NCBI RefSeq assembly: GCF_001194135.2
Contig: NC_068990.1
Location: forward strand, 50,574,353 to 50,608,308
Reading direction: 5' to 3'
DNA from: Octopus bimaculoides
Taxonomy: Eukaryota
Length of the DNA stretch: 33,956 nucleotides
The notes beneath the pieces were generated by a model. It saw nothing but the letters and a program-made list of their open reading frames with translations. It was not told the DNA's origin and ran no database searches. Shown piece by piece: positions 33,771 through 33,956 of this stretch (its first letter is position 1; each line of letters opens with the position of its first letter). The position numbers and the translations under genes were made by a program.

Positions 33771-33956
33771 TGCAAGCTGACAGAATCATTGGCATGCCAG
33801 ACAGAATGCTTAGTGGTAATTTGTCTGTCTTTACATCCTGATCTTTGCCTTTTCATTCCTTCAGGGTCAATAAAATAAGCACCAGTCAAGTATGGGGGTC
33901 GATGCAATTAACTAGCCCCCTCCCATAAAAGCTGCTGCCCTGTGCCAAAATTTAAA
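33771..33956 (+). mobile_element. Second, more decayed copy of the same SINE (B-box region deleted)
   Basis: GCTGACAGAATCATT…TTTCATTCCTTCAGGGTCAATAAAATAAGCACCAGT…GGGGTCGATGCAAT is homologous to the 33541 copy. Confidence 0.65.

Larger units (their letters stand above)
6904..33956 (+). other. GTF3C3: Probable very long intron of GTF3C3 (at least 27 kb; next exon not found)
   Basis: Donor at 6904. My scan found no exon encoding the expected next TPR segment (xxLIAAHL...W). An exon hidden in a gap or missed by eye cannot be excluded. Confidence 0.6.

Noticed and set aside
33541-33956. SINE A/B boxes inside the gene for a TFIIIC subunit, as an autoregulatory loop
   Set aside because: Such SINEs are expected throughout introns and the boxes are degenerate. 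Nothing in the sequence supports function.

Overview
AT-rich animal genomic DNA with five assembly gaps. The repeat content is reminiscent of cephalopod (octopus-like) genomes, but the taxon is only an impression. The only host coding sequence I can support is two + strand exons (513-636 and 6827-6903) of a GTF3C3/TFIIIC102 orthologue (TPR region). The rest is intronic and packed with mobile-element relics, mostly antisense to the gene. These include a 3'-truncated Gypsy pol with an LTR, several RTE LINEs (one full-length with a 15-bp TSD, one with a 5'-inversion geometry), R4/Dong-like and CR1-like fragments, three Helitron pieces, a full-length decayed mariner and tRNA-derived SINEs. The most unusual structure is at 16493-19434. 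An internally deleted Tx1/L1-clade LINE is bracketed by two ~98% identical direct repeats exactly 2714 bp apart. These repeats carry a minimal type I hammerhead ribozyme of the kind found in Penelope-like elements: complete in copy 1, and cut by a gap in copy 2. All family assignments come from motif recognition in manual translations, not from database searches.
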